Shown in pieces: positions 10,765 to 20,354 of a DNA stretch of 64,000 nucleotides (position 1 is the stretch's first letter; each line of letters opens with the position of its first letter). Location of the stretch: the NCBI GenBank assembly GCA_963833985.1, contig CAWIAD010000001.1, positions 3,264,001-3,328,000 on the forward strand, given 5' to 3'. Source of the stretch: an uncultured Planctomycetaceae bacterium (GTDB lineage Bacteria; Planctomycetota; Planctomycetia; Isosphaerales; Isosphaeraceae). The notes under the pieces were generated by a model. The model made no database searches and was not told the origin of the DNA. It was given only the letters and a program-made list of their open reading frames with translations. The translations under genes were made by a program, and so were the position numbers.

Positions 10765-11244
10765 GTGATGCGCTATCTCCTGTCCGCGAAGGTCAAACCT
10801 GAAGGTAAGGCTCGCTTGCTGCTGGCTCTGGAAAGCGGCAGCTTCGGTGCGGGTTTTCCTTATGGCGACCTGGGCGAGATGCTCTGCGCGGGGCGGGTTG
10901 ATTCCTCGGGCCTGATACGCTGGGTCGAGGTTTGCTACTGCCGAGAATACTACGGCGTGGCAATGCACGAGGAACTCCCCTACCTGGAAGAGTTCCTGAC
11001 CGAGATCGAGGTGTCCGACGTGCGCAGTCCGCGGTATTGCAAGGGCTACCCGGAATGCAATGACTGCGACTGCACTCGCAAGGTCCGCTTCGAGGGAGAG
11101 CCGCTACTGGATTATCTGCGGCGTGCGACCGGTTTGACCGAACGCGCAAGCACGAGCCCCGGGCGGCCGACTCGGTGGCTGGGCTGGCGCGGGCAAATCG
11201 ACCCCGAGGAAGACCGCAGAAACCAGCAAGGCGCCGGTGCCTGA
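10765..11244 (+). CDS. Hypothetical Cys-rich protein
   Basis: Protein-like composition; WVEVCYCREYY and YCKGYPECNDCDC motifs. Confidence 0.7.
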   Translation: MMRYLLSAKVKPEGKARLLLALESGSFGAGFPYGDLGEMLCAGRVDSSGLIRWVEVCYCREYYGVAMHEELPYLEEFLTEIEVSDVRSPRYCKGYPECNDCDCTRKVRFEGEPLLDYLRRATGLTERASTSPGRPTRWLGWRGQIDPEEDRRNQQGAGA

Positions 11245-11273
11245 GAGGCCCGTGGGTTCGATCGCCCCGGCCA

Positions 11274-11969
11274 TCACCCGGGCAAACGGGGGACGACCGG
11301 GAGATCAGCGAAGTAGAACCCATCGCGCTCAACAATTGCGCCGATGGTCACCGGAATGGGCCCGCGAAAGTTCGGGCTCTGGTAGCAGAACGTATGAAAC
11401 TCCCCGCGCTCGCCGCAGGGATCGACGCTCTCCGGCAACTCGGCAAGCAGGCTGTGGCTGAACTCACGGCCCACGAAGCGGGGCTCAAGCTGCTGCGGGT
11501 CCACGCAAGTCAACACGGCCTTGATCCCGGCGCTCAGCATCTGCCTGGCCAGCGTGGGAGTGTCGCCGGCGGTCGTCCAGATGGGGAAAAGCGGGTCCAC
11601 GTCTGAGCCTTCCAGCAGCCGGACCCGGTAGGCCCGGATATCCTCCAGGAACAGGTCGCCAAAGGCGATGTGAGTGACGCCGGCGGTCCTGGCCGCGGTG
11701 ATCGCGGACTTCATTCGCTGCTCGTACACCTCGTTCGTGCAGGGGTAGGGGAGCCAGACGGGGAACAGAGGCAAGCCCGCCGCGTCCGCCTGCGCTTCGA
11801 CCAGCTCGCGCCGGACTGCGTGCATGGCCACCCGGTCGAACGCCTCGTTGAAGGTGGTCAGGAGCCCGGCGATCTCCACGTCGCCCCGCTGGCGCAGGAC
11901 ATGCAGCGCCCAGGCGCTGTCCTTGCCTGAGCTCCACGAGAGGAGAGTTTTCGGTCCTGGTCGGTTCAT
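11274..11969 (-). CDS. Dph6/MJ0570-related PP-loop ATP pyrophosphatase (adenine nucleotide alpha hydrolase)
   Basis: LSWSSGKDS PP-loop, FGDLFLEDIRAYR, DPCGERGEFHTF. Confidence 0.9.
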   Translation of the reverse strand: MNRPGPKTLLSWSSGKDSAWALHVLRQRGDVEIAGLLTTFNEAFDRVAMHAVRRELVEAQADAAGLPLFPVWLPYPCTNEVYEQRMKSAITAARTAGVTHIAFGDLFLEDIRAYRVRLLEGSDVDPLFPIWTTAGDTPTLARQMLSAGIKAVLTCVDPQQLEPRFVGREFSHSLLAELPESVDPCGERGEFHTFCYQSPNFRGPIPVTIGAIVERDGFYFADLPVVPRLPG

Positions 11970-12042
11970 GAGGATCCTCTGCGCCCCGGCTGGGTGGGTC
12001 GCTGGTAGGGCAGGGGGTCCAGCCGGCAACCTCGCAAGGTCA

Positions 12043-13220
12043 TCAGTCCTCGGAAAGTTCGATTCCCAGCGATCTGTCTCTCTCCGGCCCTTCCAACCAG
12101 CTCAGCACCTTGCTGACCGCCTCGAGGAAGAAGAAATCGCCCCACATGACGGATTCGTCGACCCCGAGCTGCTTGTGAAAATGGTAGACTCCATGTTTCA
12201 GCACGCCTTCCCATTCCGGTTCTTCCCAGGCCAGGTAGCGATCGGTGCAGAGCGAGTCCAGGATGGTGAGCGTGGCGGCGCGGTAGCTGGAGGCCAGAGC
12301 CGGATCAACCGGCTCGATGCGGGCGGCCAGGGTCCACAGTCCGGAGGCGGCGATGGCCGCGGCCGAGCTATCGTCGATGCGGTCTGGTCCGTCGGGGACG
12401 TCGAAGTCCCAGGGGGGGACCAGGCTGCCGGGACAGGCGCCAGGTAATACTCGGCGTTCCGCCGGGCCACCTCCAGGTCGGCCGGATCGTGCGTGTAGGA
12501 ATGGACGGTACTGAAGCCGTAGAGCGACCAGGCCAGCCCGCGGGTCCATGCCGAATCGGCATGCAAACCTTGATGCGTCGACTGGCGCAGGAAACGGCCG
12601 GATTCCGGGTCGAAGATCCCCTCGTGCGCGGTCGAGCCGTCGGGCCGCACCAGGGTTGCCTCGGTGGTCCGGCAATGGGCGCAGGCCAGATCGAAGAGCG
12701 CCTGGTCGCCCGTCTTCCGGGCCGCCAGGAAGATGATCGGGACGTTCATCATGATGTCGATGAACAGGCTTTCCGGGCCGATGAACGAACGGAGGTATCG
12801 CCCCCGCGGATTGAACCGGAGAGCCAGCGTCCGCCCGGCCGCCACGAGCACATCTTGCAGACGCGCATCCCCGGTCGCCCGGTGCCAGGGGAGGTAGGTA
12901 TTCAGGAACAGGAAGCCCAGGTCGTGGACGTGGCGGTCGTGCTGGCGGTGCTCGAGCAAGCGGGAATAGTGTTCGGCCTGTTGCCGCCACCAACGTTCGC
13001 CGGTACGCTCGGCGATGAGCCACATCATTCCGGCGTGGAACCCGCCGCACCAGTCGGTCCAGAGCTCACCGCCATGTTGCCAGCGGCCACCCACGGTGTA
13101 GATGGGGAAGTAGTCCGGCGTGCGCTCGACGGTCCGGCGCACCTGGTTGGCCGCGAACTCGACGGCTCGTTCGAGACGGGGCTGCAAGGACGATGGATCA
13201 GCCTCTGACGGTCCGGCCAC
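12043..13220 (-). CDS. Glycoside hydrolase family 88 (unsaturated glucuronyl hydrolase); frameshifted near 12435-12441
   Basis: DWCGGF, HDLGF, IDIMMN, THQG, WTRGLAW in ORF 12198..13220; PWDF, DSSAAAIAASGL, WGDFFFLEA in ORF 12043..13050. Confidence 0.88.
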
Positions 13221-13393
13221 AGATCGGGCTCCTGTTTCGGGGTTGCTTCGAGACGGATCTTACCAGTGGCTTTGGCGCGGTTCCCAGACGAGAATGTTGC
13301 GGACCCCGAAGCCGCGAGGCAAGTGACGAGAGCGGCGGGCTCGGTAGCAGAAACCGAACGCGACGTTGCCGCAACCTATCCCGGAGCAATTCC

Positions 13394-14485
13394 ATGAACT
13401 TCGAAGAACTGCTCAAGTTTGCCGTCGACCAGGGGGCGTCGGACATCCACTTCCAGTCCGGCTCAGCGCCGCAGTTGCGTATCGGCGGCCTGATCCGCAA
13501 CGTGGAAAGCCCGGCCATAGACGTGATCGCCCTCCGCCAGTTTGCCGCGTCGATCGCGCCGCAGGCCATCGCCGAGGACCTCGACGGCGCGCTCTTCCGC
13601 GGGGCCCGGTTCTCGCGGAGCTTCAACGGGCAGGGCCGCTTCCGGTGCAGCCTGTACGGCCAGCGCGGCAATGCCGGCCTGGTCATGCACGTGGTCCCGG
13701 CCACGATCGCCACCCTCGAGCAGCTCAACCTGCCCCCCGTGCTCCGTGAGATCGCCCAGACGCGCCGCGGCATCACCCTCATCACCGGGCCGTCGGGCAC
13801 GGGGAAATCCACCACCCTGGCCGCCATGGTCGATCAGATCAATGAGACGCTCTACGGCAAGATCGTGACCATCGAGGACCCGATCGAGGTGCTGTATCCC
13901 CACAAGAAGTCGCTCATCGCCCAGCGCGAGATCGGTAGCGACGTGGCGTCGATGGCCGACGGGATCGAGCAGGCGATCGTGCAGGACGCCGATGTAATCG
14001 TCGCCGGCGAGTTGCGCGACGCCACCGCGGTACGGGCCGCGCTGCGTGCCGCCGAAACTGGCCACCAGGTCTTCGCGACCATGTCCAACGCGAACGCGCC
14101 GCAGGCGATCGAGCGTCTCATCGGCATGGTTTCCCCGGAGGAGAAACGGGCCGCCACGGCCCAGATTGCGGAGTTCGTCACGGGCATCATCGCTCAGAAA
14201 CTCGCCGCCACCAAGGACGGCAAGCGCCGGCCGGTCATCGAGATCCTGCGGGGCGGCCAGTACACTCAGCGATGTATTCTGGAGAACCGCTGGACCGACC
14301 TGAGCGGCTACCTGGGCAGCCGGCAGGCTGGCATGCAGCAGATGGAGCAGCACCTGCTCGAGCTCTACCAATCCGGAACCATCAGCGGCACCGAGGCCAT
14401 GAAGCTGGCCACCAATCCCGAGACCGTCGCCGAAGGCCTGCGCGCCATGCGCCGGGCGAGTACCGCGTCCAGCGGGCTGGTGTGA
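13394..14485 (+). CDS. pilT: PilT/PilU-family type IV pilus retraction ATPase
   Basis: GASDIH, Walker A GPSGTGKSTT, TIEDPIE Asp box, QREIG, Walker B VAGELRD, AAETGH. Confidence 0.85.
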   Translation: MNFEELLKFAVDQGASDIHFQSGSAPQLRIGGLIRNVESPAIDVIALRQFAASIAPQAIAEDLDGALFRGARFSRSFNGQGRFRCSLYGQRGNAGLVMHVVPATIATLEQLNLPPVLREIAQTRRGITLITGPSGTGKSTTLAAMVDQINETLYGKIVTIEDPIEVLYPHKKSLIAQREIGSDVASMADGIEQAIVQDADVIVAGELRDATAVRAALRAAETGHQVFATMSNANAPQAIERLIGMVSPEEKRAATAQIAEFVTGIIAQKLAATKDGKRRPVIEILRGGQYTQRCILENRWTDLSGYLGSRQAGMQQMEQHLLELYQSGTISGTEAMKLATNPETVAEGLRAMRRASTASSGLV

Positions 14486-14847
14486 CTCACTCGTATGCGT
14501 TTTCGGGGCGATGGCGACAAACCGAAAGGGCGGGGGGATGGCCGCTATCCAGCCCGGGCCATGCCAAGTCAGAAGATACGCTCCAGATAGCTTCAGTGTC
14601 GCGGACCGACGCACGCCAGACCGATCCAGGGCAGAGCCTGATGAAGTTGTTCAAACTCGTGTCGCAACGCTGAGGGGTCGAGCTGCGATCCGCGCAACAA
14701 ATGCTGATGCAGCTCGTGCGCCTGAAATCGTCCTGACCAGTTGAGTCTTCGGAATGTTCGGTGATTGACATGCCGATTTTGACCCCTCATGATCAACGCG
14801 TTTTCGTGAGACAATCAAATTCGCAGCCGCAAAGAAAAGGGGTTTTC

Positions 14848-15227
14848 ATGGAACAGGTACTTGGAATTGGCGGTATTTTTTTCAAAACGCGCGATCCCAA
14901 GGCACTCGCCGCCTGGTATCGCGAACACCTGGGCGTGCCGGTCGAATCAGAGCAAACCTACGGGGCTTTCACGTCTGCCGCGGCTGGAGAGCAGGCGGTT
15001 TGGTCTGCGTTCCCTGCGGACACCTCCTACTTCGGTTCGGGCCCGGCACCCTTCATGGTCAATTATCGCGTCCGGAACCTCGACGCCATGTTGGCTCAGC
15101 TCCGAGCTGCCGGGCGCAGGTAGACGACCGAGTCGAGGACTACGAGTTTGGCCGGTTCGGCTGGGCGACCGACCCGGAGGGCAACCGTTTCGAGCTATGG
15201 GAGCCGCGCCCACCCGAACAGGGGTAA
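14848..15227 (+). CDS. VOC/glyoxalase family protein; frameshifted near 15111-15114
   Basis: VLGIGGIFFK, WYREHLG, FMVNYRVRNLD, then in a second frame AQVDDRVEDYEFGRFGWATDPEGNRFELWEP. Confidence 0.88.
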
Positions 15228-15236
15228 GCGCACCGC

Positions 15237-15333
15237 GCCGAACCAACGGCTGAGGCTAACCAGGGCCGCCATCCTGTTTTTCGAGCTACAACGTTCTTGC
15301 AGGCGGCCCCAGCAGCTTGGGTGAGCGTTCCGC
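15237..15333 (+). mobile_element. Integron attC-like recombination site closing a single gene cassette (about 14757..15327)
   Basis: GCCGAAC 10 nt after the VOC stop, GTTCCGC at 15327, internal inverted repeat GGGCCGCC/GGCGGCCC, and GTTCGGT at 14756 upstream of the gene. Confidence 0.6.
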
Positions 15334-15677
15334 AGGCGCGCGTCGGTGTCCTCGGACCGCTGGTATGTTGGACCGAGATGCCCCTTATCTCAGCAGTCTG
15401 GCAAAGACCGGGACAGAGCGAATATCAGCCCCCTGGTGCGGACCACCTCACCGGTCCGACTTGCCCCGACCGGCGGTCGGATCGCCAGTACCAGCGGCGA
15501 TGAATGCAGGAAGCCGGGCCCCAGGTGGGCGCTCGGCACTGGGCCGGGGTGATGCCCGGGGTCGCAGGGATGGCGGCGCGGATAAGGGGACCGCCAGGCG
15601 GGAACCGGGGCCGTTCCCCCTCCTTGGCCTTCGGACCGCACTCGCCGGCTGGGCGTCGATCCCACCGACGACCCGGG

Positions 15678-15706
15678 TTGCTCGCTCGATCGAGCACCCC
15701 TATAAT
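15678..15706 (+). promoter_or_regulatory. Sigma70-type promoter with overlapping palindrome, upstream of the EVE-like/PIN pair
   Basis: TTGCTC-N17-TATAAT; inverted repeat TGCTCG-N6-CGAGCA at 15679..15696. Confidence 0.55.
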
Positions 15707-15788
15707 CGCCCAGGGGGGCCGGAGAATCGAATCCTCGGCGCGCTGCACGCGGGATGTTCCGCAATCCGTCCGTATGGAGCTGGCTCAC

Positions 15789-16358
15789 ATGTGGTTCTAC
15801 TTATTTGGACGGAACGACCGACACCCCGACCCGACCAGCGAGATCCATCTCCTCGCGAAACTGGACGAGAGGGGAGAGGAGGTCTTTCTCAGGTTCCAGG
15901 CCAGAGATGATGCCCCTCTAAAGAACGCGGTCGAAGGGGAGCGTGTCTATCTCTGCACCCGTGAAGAGGGCCGATGGTCAATCCGCGGCGAGGCGGAAGT
16001 AGGCGGCCGGCCGATCCGGGGTGCGACCCCGCCCTCCATGGTCACGCTCTATGGCTCCATCGGCGATCGTCATTGGTGGCGGAGGCTCCAACGCGTTCGG
16101 CTCTACGAGGAGCCGAGGTCCGCGGCCGACCTCGGATTCGAGGAGGATATCTTACCTCCGGTCGGCCCGGCCCATGTGATCCGGGTCGCCGGGAGGCGGA
16201 ACGGCACGGCGGACGGTTGGCTCGAAGGGGACACCCGGAGCCCCCTGGATCGGCTCACGGCGGCGATGGATGCCGCCTGGGATGAGGGACGGGTGACGGA
16301 ACAGGCAGTCGACAAGGCGATTCGCAACTTCCGCGCGGGGCGGCCTTATGGCCGATGA
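15789..16358 (+). CDS. Hypothetical protein: EVE/PUA-like N-terminal domain plus helical antitoxin-like C-terminus
   Basis: GGAG before ATG 15789. LKNAVEGERVYLC...IRGEAEV...VRLYEEPRSAADL pattern. Overlaps the start of the PIN gene. Confidence 0.55.
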   Translation: MWFYLFGRNDRHPDPTSEIHLLAKLDERGEEVFLRFQARDDAPLKNAVEGERVYLCTREEGRWSIRGEAEVGGRPIRGATPPSMVTLYGSIGDRHWWRRLQRVRLYEEPRSAADLGFEEDILPPVGPAHVIRVAGRRNGTADGWLEGDTRSPLDRLTAAMDAAWDEGRVTEQAVDKAIRNFRAGRPYGR

Positions 16359-16902
16359 TACGACCACGCCTCCGATCATCGCCCTCGATACGAACGCGCT
16401 CGTACAATCGATTCCGACGCGGGGCCGCTTCCGGCCGATGATCGAGGGGTTCGATGCCGGCCGCTTCCTGCTCGTCGTGTCCAACGAGATCCTCCTCGAA
16501 TACGAGGAGATCCTCAAGGCAATCGGCGGCCCGACGGCCTGGTCCGCATTCGAGTCGCTGCTGATCGCCCGCGCCACCTTCGTCAGGCGAGTTGATCCGA
16601 CGTACTTCTGGAAAGCGATCGTGCACGATCCCGACGACGACAATTCCGTCGACTCGGCCGTGCCCGGGGACGCCGATTGGATCGTGACCGAGGATACTCA
16701 TGACAACGTGCTCTTCCAGAAGACGCGCCTGACGGCCGCACGCTCCATCCGTCGCTCTTCATCGAGCGCGTATCTCAGCGCCCCGAACGAGGGGATTGCA
16801 CTCAGCTCAGGGGTTGCCCGATTCGGTCTGATCGACCCAAGCGTCTGGAGGAATTCCTGCGGCTCGATGCGTTTCTTGACGCTTGCCATCCCCGACCCGT
16901 GA
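16348..16902 (+). CDS. PIN-domain putative toxin; C-terminus perturbed by apparent indels at about 16735-16770
   Basis: IALDTNAL, LVVSNEILLEYEEIL, DPDDD, ADWIVTED acidic PIN motifs. Confidence 0.8.
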   Translation: MADDTTTPPIIALDTNALVQSIPTRGRFRPMIEGFDAGRFLLVVSNEILLEYEEILKAIGGPTAWSAFESLLIARATFVRRVDPTYFWKAIVHDPDDDNSVDSAVPGDADWIVTEDTHDNVLFQKTRLTAARSIRRSSSSAYLSAPNEGIALSSGVARFGLIDPSVWRNSCGSMRFLTLAIPDP

Positions 16903-17064
16903 ACGGTGACACCTGCTCGATTTTATTGAATGGATGTACATGAGAACTCTTGCCCGCCAGGAACGCCGGCTTGTAGAATTCCTCGTGTCCGGGTGCTTCA
17001 TGGTTCAGGGTTTGCGTGGCTGCGTCGCTTGACCGGGGCGACCGCCAGGGCCGGAGGAAACGCG

Positions 17065-18617
17065 ATGCCGGAGCCGACCAGCACGACCGAGTCCAACCCG
17101 CTCCGCCAGGCCTTGCCGCGTGCGCGCGTGCCCGAGCCGTGCGCCATCGTCCTCTTCGGCGCGACGGGCGACCTGGCGCATCGCAAGCTGATGCCGGCGC
17201 TGTTTCATCTGGCACGCGGAGGCAATCTGCCCTCGGAATGCGCCATCGTCGGCTTTGCGCGGCGCGATTGGACCGATACCGACCTGCGGGCCGATTACGA
17301 GAAGACCCTGCGCAAGAATGGCGGGTCCGACTTCGACGAGATCTGGCCGCAATTCGCCAGCCGGCTCGTCTTCTCGCCCGGAACCTTCGACGACCTGGAG
17401 GCCTATCGCAAGCTCAAGGAAAAGCTCGAGGAGCTGGACCGGTCTCACGGCACGCGGGGCAACCGCATCTACTACCTGGCCGTCTCGCCGGAGTTCTTCG
17501 CGACGATCATCGACCACCTGGGCCAGGCCGGCCTGATCTACCCGTGGCAGCAAGAGACTCCCTGGAGCCGGGTGGTCATCGAGAAGCCGTTCGGCCGCGA
17601 CCTGAATAGCGCCGGGCGCTGAACCGCGACGTCTCCCGCGTACTCGAGGAGCGCCAGGTCTATCGCATCGACCATTACCTGGGCAAGGAGACGGTGCAGA
17701 ACATCCTGGCCTTCCGGTTCGGCAACAACATCTTCGAGCCGATCTGGAACCGCCGCCACGTCGGGGCTGTCCAGATCACGGTGGCCGAGGAAGTGGGCAT
17801 GGCCGGCGGCCGGGGCTCGTATTATGACACCGCGGGCGCCATCCGCGACATGGTCCAGAACCATATGATGCAGCTTTTGAGCCTGGTGGCCATGGAGCCG
17901 CCGGTGGACCTTTCGGCCGACGCGGTCCGCAACGAGAAGGTGAAGGTCCTGCAAGCCTTGCCCACGTGGCAGCCCGAGGATGTCTACCGCAACGTGGTCC
18001 GCGCCCAGTACACGGCCGGGTCCATCGAGGGGAGTGAGGTGCCCGGCTACCTTCAGGAGAAGGGCGTGGCCCCTGACTCGAAGACCTCGCCTTACGTTGC
18101 CATGAGGCTGGAGTTGAAGAGCTGGCGCTGGGGCGGCGTGCCGTTCTTCCTGCGCACGGGCAAGCGGCTCCCCAAGCGGGCCACCGAGATCGCCGTCCAG
18201 TTTCGCAAGCCGCCGACCGAGCTCTTCGAGACCGAGGGCGACGGCCACAGCGGCGCCAACCAGCTCGTCCTGCGGATTCAGCCCAATGAAGGCGCCAGCC
18301 TCTCCTTCGAGGCCAAGATCCCCGGCTCGCGCCGGCGGTTGCAGGAAGTGCGCATGGATTTCCGCTACGGGACCGCCTTCGCCCTGCCGCCTCCGGAAGC
18401 GTACGAGCGGCTGCTCCTGGACGTGATGCTCGGCGATCCGACCCTGTTCACACGCACCGACGAGGTGGAAAGCGCCTGGCGGTTCATCACGGAGATTCTC
18501 GACGCCTGGCAGCAGCCCAAGGCCCCTCCGCCCGTGGCATACCCGGCGGGAAGCTGGGGCCCGCCCGAGGCCGACAAGCTGCTCGAGGCTGACGGGGTAA
18601 CATGGCGCAGGCTCTAG
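17065..18617 (+). CDS. zwf: Glucose-6-phosphate 1-dehydrogenase; frameshifted near 17611-17613
   Basis: LFGATGDLAHRKL, IEKPFG, RIDHYLGKETVQN, RDMVQNH, WGGVPFFLRTGK, AYERLLLD. Confidence 0.95.
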
Positions 18618-18651
18618 ACCGATGCGGTGGGCAATACCTGGGAGAACATCG

Positions 18652-19824
18652 ATGCCTGAGTCGACCACGGACGCCTTCCTTCAGGGCCAGGGCATTCCCG
18701 TTGCACTGGGGGAGATCGAATCCACGCTCGAGCACCTCTGGGGCCCGGCCGCCGAGGTGATCGGCGGACCAGAGCTGGAACATCCCCACGTCACGCGGAT
18801 CGTCCTCGCGGACCTCGTGATCGAGCGGCTCTGTGCCGACACCGAGATTCTTCGCCCCGTTGTGGAGGAGGTCATCGCCCGTCATCCCTGCCGGACCATT
18901 GTGGTGCGTTGCTCGGATGATACCCAGCGGCGGATCACCGCCGAGGTTTCGGCCGTCTGCCATCTGCCCGACCCCGAACTGCCGCAGGTCTGCTCCGAGC
19001 GGATCGTACTGCAAGCCGGCCCCAATGCCCTGGACCTCATCGCAGGAGCGGTGCGGCCCCTGCTCGAGGCCGACCTGCCGCTCGTTCTCTGGTGGACCAC
19101 CGACCCGAGAAACAATGAAGACCTCTTTCGCGACTTGGGCGACGAGTGCTCGCGGCTGCTGCTGGACCTGCCGGACCCCGGAACACCAGCGGCCGCGCTC
19201 CGCCTGGGCCTTGACCCGGCGATCTGCGCATGTAGCCGCGATACGGCGTGGTACGGACTGACACGCTGGCGCGAGCTGGTGGCCCAGTTCTTCGATCCGC
19301 CATGCCACCACGAGACCTTGAGCCGCGTCGATTCACTCCAGATCGAGGTCCTTTCGCCCCAGACTTCTGGACCACCTCGACTGGCTCTCTGGCTGGCGGC
19401 CTGGATGGCCGGACAGCTCGGCTGGAAACCCCAGGGTCAGCCGGTCAACGTACCCGCGGCTTCCGGAAGCAGCTTCCGGGCGGCGTTTCTTGGCCCCCTG
19501 GGAACCCTCGCCGTCGAGATCATCACCCGCGCCATTCCTTCCGACATGCCGGCGACACCCTGCATCACGGGCGTCTCGATCACCGCACGCGGGCCAGAAG
19601 GCGTCGAAAAGTTCCGCGTGAACCGTCCCTCTCCTGGCTCGCCGGACGTGAGCCTCTGCGCGGCGGCCCCCGACTACTGCCGCCTGCCCAGGATGGTCCG
19701 GGCCACCGAGCTTGACCCCGCGCGGCGGATCGCGGCCGCACTCGAATGCTCACGGTTCGACCGACCGTTCGAGAACGCGCGGCCCATCCTGCTCTGGCTG
19801 CTCGAGCACGTGGGAGAAGGTTGA
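18652..19824 (+). CDS. opcA: G6PDH assembly/allosteric protein OpcA
   Basis: Immediately after zwf; HPCRTI, VCSERI, DLPLVLWW, LTRWRELVAQFFD, AWMAGQLGW. Confidence 0.85.
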   Translation: MPESTTDAFLQGQGIPVALGEIESTLEHLWGPAAEVIGGPELEHPHVTRIVLADLVIERLCADTEILRPVVEEVIARHPCRTIVVRCSDDTQRRITAEVSAVCHLPDPELPQVCSERIVLQAGPNALDLIAGAVRPLLEADLPLVLWWTTDPRNNEDLFRDLGDECSRLLLDLPDPGTPAAALRLGLDPAICACSRDTAWYGLTRWRELVAQFFDPPCHHETLSRVDSLQIEVLSPQTSGPPRLALWLAAWMAGQLGWKPQGQPVNVPAASGSSFRAAFLGPLGTLAVEIITRAIPSDMPATPCITGVSITARGPEGVEKFRVNRPSPGSPDVSLCAAAPDYCRLPRMVRATELDPARRIAAALECSRFDRPFENARPILLWLLEHVGEG

Positions 19825-19827
19825 TCG

Positions 19828-20304
19828 ATGGAGCTTGCCAACAGCGTCCACAGCCTGGTGCTGCTTGACGAGACTGATGCGTACAATCGAGACACGGCGA
19901 TCGAGGCAGCTCTGGCGCGGATGACCGCCGACGGCCTGTTCCCCGCGACACTCGTTCCCGAACTCAAGGACGCACTGATCCGCCGCGACGAGCTGGGGCC
20001 GACCGGCATCGGTGAAGGCGTGGCGATTCCGCACGCCTGGCACGCCGGTCTGGACCGCCTTGCATCTGCCCTGGCCGTGTCGCGCCGGGGGATCCACTAT
20101 CCCAGTCTCGATGGCGAGCCGGTTCATATTCTGGTCGTGATCATTACTCCGCCGGGCAAGGAGAGCGACGCGGCCAAGCAGAGCCTCCTGGACACCTGGC
20201 TGGGCCCTCTCCGCAACCCGGCCTTCCGTGCCGCGCTGCGGCAGGCAGCCTCCGCGGATGAGGTTCACGCGGTGCTCCGGTCCGAAAAGCGGGATTCCGG
20301 ATGA
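19828..20304 (+). CDS. PTS EIIA domain protein (fructose/Ntr type)
   Basis: RRDELGPTGIGEGVAIPH with the phospho-His; SLDGEPV. Confidence 0.88.
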   Translation: MELANSVHSLVLLDETDAYNRDTAIEAALARMTADGLFPATLVPELKDALIRRDELGPTGIGEGVAIPHAWHAGLDRLASALAVSRRGIHYPSLDGEPVHILVVIITPPGKESDAAKQSLLDTWLGPLRNPAFRAALRQAASADEVHAVLRSEKRDSG

Positions 20305-20354
20305 ACGACTGACCGTGCTGGAGAGATCTGCGACCGCTGGTCGAGGAGGCGTCA

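Noticed and set aside
17600..17630. Programmed ribosomal frameshifting in zwf and the other split genes
   Set aside because: No slippery heptamers, these families are not known to be recoded, and the pattern is window-wide.
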